Below the pieces are notes generated by a model. That model was not told where the DNA came from, ran no database searches, and was given only the letters and a program-made list of their open reading frames with translations. DNA of 63,539 nt, counting the filler, from Octopus bimaculoides (lineage: Eukaryota): assembly GCF_001194135.2 (NCBI RefSeq). It is 4 parts of 4 records of this genome, joined end to end, with 100 filler letters (N's around TTAATTAATTAA, not from the genome) between each part and the next. Parts side by side here need not be neighbours in the genome. Positions count along the whole stretch, not along the records: positions 26,205 to 46,073 come from NC_068982.1; 3 more parts are not named here. One strand, 5' to 3'. The translations under genes and the position numbers were made by a program. This document shows positions 26,890 to 39,389 of the stretch, piece by piece; positions within the stretch are counted from its first letter, which is position 1; every line of letters starts with the position of its first letter.

Positions 26890-27479
26890 TCTGTCTATCT
26901 CTTTCTCTCTCTCTCTCTCTGTAAATATATATCAAGATCATTCCCGTACTATATAGGCTCATAGAATCGGTTTCCCGCTTCAGGAATCGAAAAAGTAATT
27001 TTACCATCGTGAGTCAAATACCGTAGGCACTAAGCCACGCGCTTACACACACACACACACACACACNNNNNNNNNNNNNNNNNNNNNNNNNNNNNNNNNN
27101 NNNNNNNNNNNNNNNNNNNNNNNNNNNNNNNNNNNNNNNNNNNNNNNNNNNNNNNNNNNNNNNNNNNNNNNNNNNNNNNNNNNNNNNNNNNNNNNNNNNN
27201 NNNNNNNNNNNNNNNNNNNNNNNNNNNNNNNNNNNNNNNNNNNNNNNNNNNNNNNNNNNNNNNNNNNNNNNNNNNNNNNNNNNNNNNNNNNNNNNNNNNN
27301 NNNNNNNNNNNNNNNNNNNNNNNNNNNNNNNNNNNNNNNNNNNNNNNNNNNNNNNNNNNNNNNNNNNNNNNNNNNNNNNNNNNNNNNNNNNNNNNNNNNN
27401 NNNNNNNNNNNNNNNNNNNNNNNCACATATAGGGTACATATATATACATATAGAATTCACAAGAAAACAAAACACGATG

Positions 27480-27720
27480 ACAGGCGGTGTAGACAACAAA
27501 CAGATGTATTAGTTTAACGTTCGGAAAGTGAAAAAGTCTTTAACGTTTCGAGCCTACGCTCTTCCACAGAAAGGAATACAGAGAGAAACAAGGAGAGAAA
27601 ATAAAGGTTGTGTAGTGGCTAGCGATCTATCCATGGCAAATGCCGGACAGAAGGGTCACACAGAAGAGCTAGGAAGAAGGGGCGATAATAAAGTAGTGGT
27701 AATCCCAAAACGAAGGTGCG
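27480..27720 (-). mobile_element. Probable Penelope-like element terminal repeat (pLTR) fragment
   Basis: Contains the GAAGAGCGTAGGCTCGAAACGTT signature typical of PLE terminal repeats; otherwise non-coding. Confidence 0.45.
27538..27573 (-). ncRNA. Minimal hammerhead-ribozyme-like motif (Penelope type)
   Basis: Minus strand reads CUUU-CUGUGGAA-GAGC(GUAG)GCUC-GAAAC-GUU-AAAG: 4-bp stem I, 4-bp stem II and a palindromic AACGUU helix III. The core deviates from CUGANGA at position 6. Confidence 0.5.
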
Positions 27721-28801
27721 CATGCGTATGTATAAGATATTAGGTATGTGTGCATGGAAGAGGGCTGGGAAGTGGTCAGTGCTAGTGTGTTAGTGGTGAT
27801 GTGATATTATGTGATGTGTTGTGTTGTATGATAGTGTATGGTGTAGTGGTGTGTGGTGTGGTGCTATTGAGAGTTGGGGGGAGGCCAAAGGGGGGAAAGC
27901 AATGGTGGTGTGTGAGTTAGGATGAGGGTGGGGGTAGAGGTAGAATATGTGGGTAGGCAGAGGGTGGGAGTAGAGTTGTGGTATGTGGAAGGGGATGTGA
28001 GGTATGAGGTGGGCTGGATAGGAAGGATAAGGAAGGTGGGTTGGAATGTGTAGGGGTGTGGTGGGGTTACAATGGAGGGGTGACGATGAAGGTGAAGGAG
28101 AAGGTGGGTAGGAGTAAAGAGAAGAGAAAAAGAGAAGTAGGAGTGGGGCAAAGGAACGAAGAGAGAAGATTAATCCCTATTCACAGTGCAAACGGGGGTC
28201 CGGATGGCCCCTGTNNNNNNNNNNNNNNNNNNNNNNNNNNNNNNNNNNNNNNNNNNNNNNNNNNNNNNNNNNNNNNNNNNNNNNNNNNNNNNNNNNNNNN
28301 NNNNNNNNNNNNNNNNNNNNNNNNNNNNNNNNNNNNNNNNNNNNNNNNNNNNNNNNNNNNNNNNNNNNNNNNNNNNNNNNNNNNNNNNNNNNNNNNNNNN
28401 NNNNNNNNNNNNNNNNNNNNNNNNNNNNNNNNNNNNNNNNNNNNNNNNNNNNNNNNNNNNNNNNNNNNNNNNNNNNNNNNNNNNNNNNNNNNNNNNNNNN
28501 NNNNNNNNNNNNNNNNNNNNNNNNNNNNNNNNNNNNNNNNNNNNNNNNNNNNNNNNNNNNNNNNNNNNNNNNNNNNNNNNNNNNNNNNNNNNNNNNNNNN
28601 NNNNNNNNNNNNNNNNNNNNNNNNNNNNNNNNNNNNNNNNNNNNTGGTAGGTGAGGGGAGCGGGAAGCGGGAGACGGTGGGGCGGGTTCGGGGCGAGAGC
28701 AGATGCACGGTCCACGGAATGTGATATATATATATATATATTTCAAAAGGATGTGTTATAATTCTATTCTACAATCCAACATACCTCCATCATCAGCTTA
28801 C

Positions 28802-30000
28802 CACGGACACCACCACGGCCTCGACAACCGGGCAGCACCACCCAATCCGGCAGCGTCAACAGCACCAAAACATGTGCCGTTTGAGAAATAACAAACCAGA
28901 GAGACCACAACCTTCAAACACATTTACCCTCTGTACAACCGTATCGGTAAATAAATTCAATAAGTAAATTACAACCAGCTCCTAAATACGTAACTAAACA
29001 GCGACAAATCTATTGTCATACAAAAATTATGATGCCTACCGTCTTCCGTAGTATAATATAAAAGTGAAAGCTTAATAACCACATTCTTTCAATCAATCAA
29101 TATATAGGCACGATTAAACACTAACTTTAATAAAACTACAACAAAGAAGCATATAAACTAATGTACGTTGCATCGGTATTAATAGTAAATTGCAATAACT
29201 AAATTATATGCTAAATCGCGACTAATCTTAAAGTCCATACAAACAATAATCCCATCAGTCTTCCATAGCTACCACTATAATGAAAGTTAAAACTCTATAT
29301 GAATCTCTACAAAACAAAACAAACACGATTGAAATTAATTTAACTAATAATAATTATGAGTGAAATACATTATTTCATCATTCAAAAGTTAATAATCAAA
29401 CACTACATAGTCATTAATATATCACCACTACAAGCTATAGTATTAAATTACCAGTAACTAATAGACGCATTAGATTTCATTAAATAAGAAGTAATAAAAG
29501 TACTTGCAAGTAACTATTACTATAAAACCTTGCTATATTTAAAGCCATCTAAAACTGCCCAAAAGATAATAAAACTACAAGTAACAACACTTACATGCTT
29601 AATCAGACACGCGGTTCCAAAAACCAAGAATTTAAAGGACCAACTAAATATTTATTACGTAGTGCGCAATTACCACTTCCTCAATTGTCTCAAACAACAT
29701 TGGCGACGTAGTAAGCAAATAACTCGAATGGTAAACCTTCCAAATCCTACAAAAATTTGCTAAGTTGAAGACCAAATATTATCCGATATTTATTTAAAAC
29801 CTTAATTTTCCCACCCAAACACCGATCAAAAGTCCCAACCAATTTACCAGACCTGTACCTCTGTTTCAGTAAATGTCCCAACAGTTTATTCTTTCCAAAA
29901 ATCCACCAGCGCTGTATCTAACAATTTGCCCTGCAAAAACACCATAACCAACTAAAGAAGGAATTCAACCACCGAACCACACACACACACATATATGTAT
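28802..30000 (-). other. Candidate non-coding 5' exons of FNDC3
   Basis: Minus-strand donors CAT|GTAAGT (exon end 29595) and GTG|GTAAGC (exon end 28802) in microsatellite-poor DNA with strong G/T skew on the minus strand; unverified. Confidence 0.3.
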
Positions 30001-30014
30001 TTAAAGAGAGAGAG

Positions 30015-30100
30015 AGGTGCACACGCACGTTTAATTTGTAAGCCAATGAAAGTGGACTCAGCACTCGCGATAAGTTTTAACTGACGCGTGCGCAGGCATA
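30015..30100. promoter_or_regulatory. Candidate CpG-containing promoter (probably FNDC3)
   Basis: Cluster of AGCCAATGA (CCAAT box), ACTCGCGATA (CGCG-type element), TGACGC and GCGTGCGCA (NRF1-like) in otherwise CpG-depleted DNA. Confidence 0.45.
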
Positions 30101-30284
30101 TGTGAATGAGTGTGTAGAAATGATAGCAATGCCATTATTAGTGTAGCCGTACCAACATCAAGTTAGCTAGACCAAAATATATTTAGAACACGTTTCCACT
30201 TAGACTTCTAGGTGTGTTCTCGTGATGGGATTGCTGCAATTACTATTGTTTTCTTCAATGTTTGTGCTTGTACATATACCTTTC

Positions 30285-30346
<62 letters not shown>

Positions 30347-30536
30347 TACGTCTCGTTCTTATTTGCGTTTCTATCGGTATAGACGCAGGTTGATGCGCAT
30401 ACCTCTGTACGTATACATCTTGTATGCACGTATTTGGACTTTTTCATTTGTTTTCCAAGGTTTTCAAAGTATTTTGAAATCAAACACTCTTGGTTATATA
30501 GCTCATTGTATATGTGTGTGTTTGTGTTTGTATGTG

Positions 30537-30592
<56 letters not shown>

Positions 30593-30732
30593 CATATGAG
30601 ATATGTGTGTACTCCACGCAAGCATATACATACAATTATACGTATATTTACATACAAATTCGCATAGAAACACAAGTGCATACGTTCGTGTCTTTGTGTA
30701 TATACATGCACATAAACATATAAATATAAATT

Positions 30733-30791
<59 letters not shown>

Positions 30792-31171
30792 GTATACATA
30801 CATACATATGTATGTATGTATATATACATGTATATATATATATATGTGTGTGTGTGTGCATACATAAAATGTATGGGGGTTTTAGTCCACAGGAGATCTA
30901 AACGATTAGGTGCGCTAGGTAAGTGCTGTAACGGATTACTAGGGTTGTGTGTCTTGTGTGTCTGTGCTTTTGTATATGTGTGCGTCTCACGTTATCTCAG
31001 AACAAAACTAGAACATCAACACGTTGCCAGGGAACAGACATGCAAATGAGAGAAACCAGTATCAGTTCTTCATAAGCATCATTAATAAGTAACTATTATT
31101 AACATTTTTTTCTTTCTCCCTCTTCTCTGTCTGTCTGTCTGTCTCTTTCTCCCTCTTCTCTCTTTCTTTCT

Positions 31172-31182
31172 TTCTCTCTCTC

Positions 31183-31265
<83 letters not shown>
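31172..31265. repeat. (CT)n microsatellite
   Basis: Directly visible; source of the poly-ER pseudo-ORFs. Confidence 0.95.
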
Positions 31266-31272
<7 letters not shown>

Positions 31273-31733
31273 ACGGTTCTTAATGTTGACGTAGCTGCTT
31301 GCCGAAGTTCTGCTAAATTTGATCTCACTTATCAGGAAATGTGTAAGTACGACTGCATTACTCGATTTGTCTTTCATTTTTAGTCAACTAAGAGTAAACT
31401 GCGATATGATGAATATTTGGTTTTTCCTTGTAACGAATGGAGCAATTACATTGACCCGTCTTTAATAAATTCGCATAGAAACACGCGGCTCATATTTCTC
31501 CAGTTGGTGTTATTTACATTCTAATTGTAATTCGTGGAAATGCTTAGAACTTAACAAATTGAGTGTGGGCAATCACTTGCGCCACAGTTATGGCTGTGCG
31601 GTTAAGAATTTCACGTGACACCAATGGTTTCAAACCCTCTGCAATGCGAGGCACCTTCTACTATAACCCATGCCATCCAATTATTTACGATAAATTTGGT
31701 AGACAGAAATATTCTGAAGCCCGTCCTACATGT

Positions 31734-31769
<36 letters not shown>

Positions 31770-31777
31770 GTCTGTGT

Positions 31778-31815
<38 letters not shown>

Positions 31816-31990
31816 TTCCTGACCACTTGATTAGCAGTGTTGGTTTGTTTAAACCGAAAAAGTGCCGTATAATAAAGTACCAGATTTACAATAAGTAGTG
31901 GGGTCGATTTGTTCGACTAATGTTTCACTTGGGTATGGACGCAATCAAATGGCTGAAATGAGTAAATGAGTGTATATATATATATATATA

Positions 31991-32550
31991 CAGGGTTATT
32001 CAAAATGAATGAACCGATTTCATTACGCAATACTTGAATGAGGAAAAGCAATAAAAAATTCCAGCTAAGTCACAAGTATTTATTCACAATCAACTTTTAT
32101 TTCCTGTCTTACAAGTGTTCAATGTGGCCACCACCTGCAGCAAGGGCAACATCAATATGATAGGGGAATTCAGAATACCTCCCAGATGCGTATCAGCATA
32201 TCACGATCCACTCAGCTGATCGCTGTTGTTATTCGATGCTTAAGGTCATCGAGGTTAGTGGGTAGCGGTGGAACATAAACGCGATCTTTTACATATCCCC
32301 CCCCCAAAAAAAAATCACACACGGTGAAGTCTGGAGATCTCGCAGGCCAGGCAGGTACGCGTCAGGGAGGAATTCTCCTATCGCACTGATGTTGCCCGTG
32401 CTGCAGGTGGTGGCAACACTGAACACTTGTAAGACAGGAAATAAAATTTGATTGTGAGTAAATTCTTGTGACTTAGCTGGAGGTTTCTATTGCTTTTCCT
32501 TATTAAAATATTGCGTAATGAAAGCGGTTCATTCCTTTTAAATAACCCTG
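31991..32550 (-). mobile_element. Non-autonomous Tc1/mariner element with about 190-bp inverted ends and a transposase C-terminal remnant
   Basis: CAGGGTTATT...AATAACCCTG ends in TA context. The minus strand reads WPARSPDFTVCDFF/GYVKDRVYVPPLPTNLDDLKHRITTAI, ending GGGHIEHL*. Confidence 0.9.
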
Positions 32551-32719
32551 TATATATATATATATATATATATAATATGATGCTTCTTTCTTTCTCTCTC
32601 TCTCTCTCTCTCTGTATATATATATATATATATACGCCCACAAAAGAGTATTCGATATTGCTTTAGCAACGGCATAAAACCACAAGAGGAGGTATTACCT
32701 TAATGATATTGTACGGTGG

Positions 32720-32990
32720 GAGCAGTTATAATAATAAGCATTATGTCTTCTAAAGAAATTTGATGTTATTGATATTTATTTGTATTTTTCGTGTTTAAGA
32801 GCTTCATTGTCTCCTGTCTTCATTAAATATTTTGTAGTTGCCACCGGTTCTTGGACTGTAAACCGATATCATTCGGAATGTGTAGTTATTTAACAATCAC
32901 CATTGCCAGAAAGATTGCTCATCATTTTAACGCAATAATCATCCTCAATTCCAAACCAAACATTCCCTTGCGTAATACTTCGAATTTGTA
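32720..32990 (-). pseudogene. Possible LINE AP-endonuclease relic
   Basis: Broken frames include TFRMISVYSPRT and EDIMLIII, resembling APE motifs; very degenerate. Confidence 0.3.
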
Positions 32991-34087
32991 GGCTGTTCTT
33001 CTCTTCATCATGGGATATTTTGGTTTTCATATATTTGAGGTCTTGTTTTATAGTCTTGGGTTAAATGCAATAACCACGTGCACATACACACACATTGCCA
33101 AACGAGTTCATAGCCCAGAAAGGACGTTGTTATACAGCAAGAGATTCAACCTCTACCTCCATCAGCTATTCTATCTTTCTGCTATCTCTTTTCTTCTAGC
33201 CTTTTCCTGAGTTTTCCCGATCCCTCCTTTGTGATCGTCCTATACTCCTGTCGCATATTGCTTAAGAATATGTAGCGTGTGTCTCTTCTTACATAGCCAC
33301 AGCTCATCATTATCCACCTTCTGATAATTCATATGGGTTTCGTATTTCGAAGTCTTCCCATATATAACGTAAAAAAGTACACTGTGGAAGAATCATTTTA
33401 GTCCTTTAAGAAACACAAACGAAATTCTTAAATTTTTTTCTATTAATAGCAAACGTTTATATGCTGATCCCCTACCTTTGTTGGAGATTAGTTACTAGCT
33501 GGTTTTTATAAGCCTTTGTAGTTTTCTTTCCTTCATGTTCGAGAAACAAGTTTCTGTTCAGTGGCATCTTGTAAGTTATTATTTTTTTTAATTCCAGGCT
33601 CATGGCTCACTCGTCAAAAGTGAAGGATTTACATGTGCTCAATCTGATGGGTCTACCTGATTCTTACCCACATTGGTTATTAGTCTCTTGGCGGGGACTT
33701 TGCTTAAATCTCTTAGCTATTTCACAATTGACAGCTACAAACATGACGCCATAAAATTTTGCTAACGTTAACATATCACGTACTAACGTATTAAATTCAC
33801 TCACACACAGACGAACAACTTTCCAAAACATAAAAAAATAATTGATAAATTAAGGTGGCATACTAAATGGTGTAGGTAATTAATAGATTTGTAATGACGA
33901 GTAATGATTAACCGATCTCTGATAAATCTTCAATGAAAGCTGAAACTAGTCTAACCAATCTCTTTTTGTGGCCAAGAGGATAGTTTGTGGTTTAGTCAGA
34001 GTGTCTATTTTTTGACAGCTAGGCTAAATATGTAACTAGAATCACACATTCGTAATTTATACAAACGAACGAACACACGCAGCCACG

Positions 34088-34148
<61 letters not shown>

Positions 34149-34441
34149 NNNNNNNNNNNNNNNNNNNNNNNNNNNNNNNNNNNNNNNNNNNNNNNNNNNN
34201 NNNNNNNNNNNNNNNNNNNNNNNNNNNNNNNNNNNNNNNNNNNNNNNNNNNNNNNNNNNNNNNNNNNNNNNNNNNNNNNNNNNNNNNNNNNNNNNNNNNN
34301 NNNNNNNNNNNNNNNNNNNNNNNNNNNNNNNNNNNNNNNNNNNNNNNNNNNNNNNNNNNNNNNNNNNNNNNNNNNNNNNNNNNNNNNNNNNNNNNNNNNN
34401 NNNNNNNNNNNNNNNNNNNNNNNNNNNNNNNNNNNNNNNNN

Positions 34442-34491
<50 letters not shown>

Positions 34492-34699
34492 GTGTGCATA
34501 TACACTTATACATATATACACTCTCAATTATTTCTTTATTGTCTAAAATTTCCACGCATACATACAAACGATCAATTCGTAATTTTTCTAAAATTTTCTT
34601 CTGCATTGAGGCGGTAAGCAAAAACCTAGCGGTGGTTGTTAGCGACACTACCTGCTGTTTGCTTCAGTCTTTGGACTGCGGCTATCCTGGGGCACCACT

Positions 34700-34840
34700 T
34701 TGAAGAGATTAGTCGAGCAAATCAACTTATTTTTTAACTGTGATACTTTGGCCAAAGCATTGAGTTATAAGGGTATAAGCAAACCAACACCGGTTGTCAG
34801 GTGGTGAGAGACAAACACATTCACATACGCATGCACGCAC

Positions 34841-34877
<37 letters not shown>

Positions 34878-35460
34878 GATCCGCACACATGCGAGCACAC
34901 ATACTTACAGGCATGCACAGACATAAATGCATATATACATATATATATATATAATATTATTAGGGACAAAATCCAAAATTACAGGTAAAAAACTCAATTA
35001 AAATCAATTTATAAAAAATTAAAATTAAATTGAGCCTTATAGATAAAGTATATATAAAATATATATACTTTACTTTACATTATACTCATTTATTGTGCTT
35101 TTAATGATTAATTTTTCTATATGTNNNNNNNNNNNNNNNNNNNNNNNNNNNNNNNNNNNNNNNNNNNNNNNNNNNNNNNNNNNNNNNNNNNNNNNNNNNN
35201 NNNNNNNNNNNNNNNNNNNNNNNNNNNNNNNNNNNNNNNNNNNNNNNNNNNNNNNNNNNNNNNNNNNNNNNNNNNNNNNNNNNNNNNNCCTGCTATATAC
35301 ATATATATACACACACAAAGTATACAACGGGCTTTCACTCAGTTTCCGTCAACCAAATTTACACACAAGGCTTTGGTCGGCCATGGATTATAATAGAAAA
35401 TTGTTACCCAAGGTGCCACGCTGCAGGATGAACCAGAAACCACGTATTTGCAACACTTTG
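34700..35460 (-). mobile_element. Bipartite SINE (B + microsatellite + C), interrupted by an AT-rich repeat and a gap
   Basis: C segment at 34700-34810 and B segment at 35325-35460, both in reverse orientation. Confidence 0.6.
34957..35070. repeat. AT-rich interspersed repeat, copy 1 (copy 2 at 49383-49490)
   Basis: ATTAGGGA-AAAATCCAAAATTACAGGTAAAAACTCAATTAAAATCAATTTATAAAA is nearly identical at both sites. Confidence 0.8.
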
Positions 35461-36815
35461 CCTCTTAACTACACAGTCATACGTTACGCCTGATGAGCAG
35501 TTCATTGCACAAGAAATTTGTATTATCAAAACGAAAAGGAACTAAGAGACAATAATTCAGAAGAACCAGTGTCATGAATTTGGATTTCAAAGAGGAGGGT
35601 TGGGTACTGAATGTGATGCACGATAAATTTCTTTCACGGATAGGAAAGTTAAGTGAATTGTGAAATTTATTGACAACACGATCAGTTAGGAGCATTTTAG
35701 AAATTAAAACGTGAGAGATTCAGCACACACACACACACGTATACCTATCCCTAGACTATATAATTTCAGTTCATGCTACTGGTTCCTTTGGTTATTTTCT
35801 CTTTGATCCTTATCATTTTAATTATGCAAATGACCTTTACCCAAGAATTTTTACAATTCTCTTTGTATACGTGAAATATTTGTATGTCTTTTTGAAGCCG
35901 ACAAATGACATTGCTGTGCTGATGACACCTATTAGGGTAGAAACAACTTTTCATTATATCGCCATTTATCCTCGAGCATAAAGGAATATTCTTTGGGATG
36001 TGAGGAATTATCTCCTCTTGTCATTAAGCGTTGCTAGCAAACATCGCTACGATTTTGTTTATCTTCTTCATCTGCATTGGAATTTCAGAAAAGAAGAAAA
36101 TCTTTGTGTGAAAGATTGAGTAAGATCTCCATCCAAATTCGAAATTGATATTCAACTGACCCCTTTAAGTTACGATACATGAAGCGCCAAAGTAGCTACT
36201 ATCATGTTATGAATTCCCAAAATAATGCGCGTGAGAGAGAGAGAGAGGGGGGAGAGAGAGAGAGGGGGGAGAGAGAGAGAGTGTGTGTGTGTGTGTCTCT
36301 CTCTCTCTGTGTGCGTGCGTTTATTGTAACGCACCACAGAGCGTATGATTTCAATTAAATTAATAAAAGAATGTATGTTTAGATTGGCTCTAAATATTTT
36401 TTCCCGTTCATTTATTGCCAAATCTAAAATCTACACGACAAAACTATATATTCCAAATATTGATCGCTATATAGACAGTGTGACTATTGTTGTTATTGTT
36501 ATGGTTTATTCCCACACCGTCTCTAACCGAACAAGATCTACAATCGAATGTTCCCCACCCTTGACCATTTCGTCTTTGTTCTTTTTTTTTTATATCAAGA
36601 TCTAAATGTTATTCAATGTATCTTTCGTATTTGTGTAAACAGCAGATTGTGGCCTGAAACAAATTTGACTTCGCTTTAGCTGCGAATGTCCACTCTGTTC
36701 TGACAGCTACCACGAGATTCCGAACACGTAGTTCTTAATTGTGATATTTCTGTTGTCAGGTTTTATGTTCTTTTTATGAACTCTGAATCTTCAACGTTGT
36801 CATTATGCAAGGTAA

Positions 36816-36831
36816 AATGATAATAATGATG

Positions 36832-36902
<71 letters not shown>
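36816..36902. repeat. (AAT)n microsatellite abutting the R4/Dong element
   Basis: Directly visible. Confidence 0.95.
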
Positions 36903-36903
<1 letters not shown>

Positions 36904-37764
36904 GAGGAAAGGGACTGATAAGTGTGGAAGACTGCATGTGTATCGAACGCGAGAGCTTAATGAAATACCTACCTCAAAGTAAGGAAACCTTACTGGGGAC
37001 AGTTAGGGACGATGGACTATTGAAAGAAGAAAAAATGGTGGGAGGAAGAAATACAAAAAGGACATGAAGAAGATTTACGCAGGAAGGGATGGAACAATCA
37101 ATTGCAAGTAGCCACAACAGAAGTTGCTAGTAAAATTTGTTGGGATTGGCTGAACAAATGAACCCTAAAAAAGGGGCCGACTGCACAATACTGGCAGCGC
37201 AAGACTAGGCTCTGGCCACAGACTGAAGGGTCAACCTGAGGAATGAGAAAGTGTCTCCGCTGAACCACATCTGCAATAGGGTGGATAAAACCATTGCCCA
37301 TATCACGAACGAATGCAATAGACTTGCCCCAAACCACAAGTTGTGTTGACACGACCAGGTAACGAAAATGCTACATTGGAAACTGTCCGAAAAGTGAGGT
37401 CTAGAGAGAGGCAAGACGTGATATGAGCACAAACCGCAGACTCGGAGACTAGCAAATTTCTCTGGGATTTCCCAATCTAAGCTGATCAGGTTCTAGAGAA
37501 TAACAGACCGGACCGGAACGAGTGGTGGTGGACAAGGTGCGGCATATATGCTATATAGTTGACGCCGCATGCCCCTTTGACACACGAATAGTCAAGAAAT
37601 AAGGCGTAAAGATAGATAGATACAACCTTCTTGGGTACGAAATAGCCCGGCTATATTAAATGAAGAAGGTGAAGATAGTGCCAATTATTGTTGGGTCCAT
37701 GGGAATAGTATCAGAAGGCATCAAGAGGAATATAAAAGAAATTGGAATAGAGTGCACAGTAGAA
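36903..37764 (+). mobile_element. 5'-truncated degenerate R4/Dong-clade non-LTR retrotransposon (restriction-like endonuclease region)
   Basis: Broken frames read GGKGLISVEDC..ERESL..YL, TILAAQD*ALAT, HD.V.K.LHWKL, WDF, NRPD, VVVDK, D.ACPFD.RI and IVPIIVG, i.e. the post-RT, CCHC and PD-(D/E)xK segments. Confidence 0.75.
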
Positions 37765-37784
37765 CATTACCGCTCATAACCTCC

Positions 37785-37815
<31 letters not shown>

Positions 37816-37816
37816 C

Positions 37817-37925
37817 GACGGGCTTCTTTCAGTTTCCGTCTACCAAATTCACTCACAAAGATTTGATGGGCCCGAGGCAATAATAGAAGACACTTGCCTA
37901 AGGTGCCACGCAGTGAGACCGAACC
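37817..37925 (-). mobile_element. SINE family B, partly duplicated in inverted orientation at 37932-37984
   Basis: Reverse complement of the 61177 SINE; 53-bp arms with 2 mismatches. Confidence 0.8.
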
Positions 37926-39389
37926 TGGACCCAAGTGTCTTCTATTCTTGCCTCGGGCCCATCAAATCCTTGTGAGTGAATTTGNNNNNNNNNNNNNNNN
38001 NNNNNNNNNNNNNNNNNNNNNNNNNNNNNNNNNNNNNNNNNNNNNNNNNNNNNNNNNNNNNNNNNNNNNNNNNNNNNNNNNNNNNNNNNNNNNNNNNNNN
38101 NNNNNNNNNNNNNNNNNNNNNNNNNNNNNNNNNNNNNNNNNNNNNNNNNNNNNNNNNNNNNNNNNNNNNNNNNNNNNNNNNNNNNNNNNNNNNNNNNNNN
38201 NNNNNNNNNNNNNNNNNNNNNNNNNNNNNNNNNNNNNNNNNNNNNNNNNNNNNNNNNNNNNNNNNNNNNNNNNNNNNNNNNNNNNNNNNNNNNNNNNNNN
38301 NNNNNNNNNNNNNNNNNNNNNNNNNNNNNNNNNNNNNNNNNNNNNNNNNNNNNNNNNNNNNNNNNNNNNNNNNNNNNNNNNNNNNNNNNNNNNNNNNNNN
38401 NNNNNNNNNNNNNNNNNNNNNNNNNNNNNNNNNNNNNNNNNNNNNNNNNNNNNNNNNNNNNNNNNNNNNNNNNNNNNNNNNNNNNNNNNNNNNNNNNNNN
38501 NNNNNNNNNNNNNNNNNNNNNNNNNNNNNNNNNNNNNNNNNNNNNNNNNNNNNNNNNNNNNNNNNNNNNNNNNNNNNNNNNNNNNNNNNNNNNNNNNNNN
38601 NNNNNNNNNNNNNNNNNNNNNNNNNNNNNNNNNNNNNNNNNNNNNNNNNNNNNNNNNNNNNNNNNNNNNNNNNNNNNNNNNNNNNNNNNNNNNNNNNNNN
38701 NNNNNNNNNNNNNNNNNNNNNNNNNNNNNNTATATATATATATATATATGTATGTATATAGGTTATGAGCGGTAATGGTGTCAGTTAGACCCAGAGGTTT
38801 CAGGCAATGCTGAGTAAGTGCTAAGAATACACCATAGTTAAGCTCCAGGTTTGGTAATTATGTGAATAAGGGTTCCAACGTAGGTCATATATCAGCGTGT
38901 GAATATAAGGATCGTAATGAAATAAAATACCAAGGGTTCTATTTAAAGAGAACCCTTGATTCAATAACACTGTGTATAAACTCTATTTGGAATGACCAAT
39001 TTCAAAGACTGTTGGATTTCACTCATAGGGTATTGGAATCTTAATAATGGATTTATAAATACAATGACCAATCTTTGGAATCTTATATGTATAAAATTTT
39101 GCTTAAACAATGGATTTACAAATACAATATCCCTGCATTCACTCTCTATTTCCTATCTTATCTAAATTCACTATTGCATAACCATCCTCTCACACCGTCT
39201 CCAATGAAGGGATATAATAAATATCCTGAAAACAGCTGCAAGACCTATTTATAAATGTTCTAAAATATGCACAGCCTTGGTTTTTTTTATCTCATTACGA
39301 AAAGTAAATCCTTATATATGTGTGTGTGTGCGTGTGTGTGTGTGTGCGTGTGTGTGTGTGTGTGTGCGTATGTATGTGTGTGTCTGCCT

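Noticed and set aside
30208-31377. HT/VC/YI/ER-repeat ORFs here and throughout the window
   Set aside because: Translations of (CA)n, (TA)n and (GA)n microsatellites.
37240-37285. Minus-strand acceptor followed by R-C-G codons as a candidate ankyrin exon 2
   Set aside because: It lies antisense inside the R4/Dong relic, stops after 12 codons and lacks ankyrin character.
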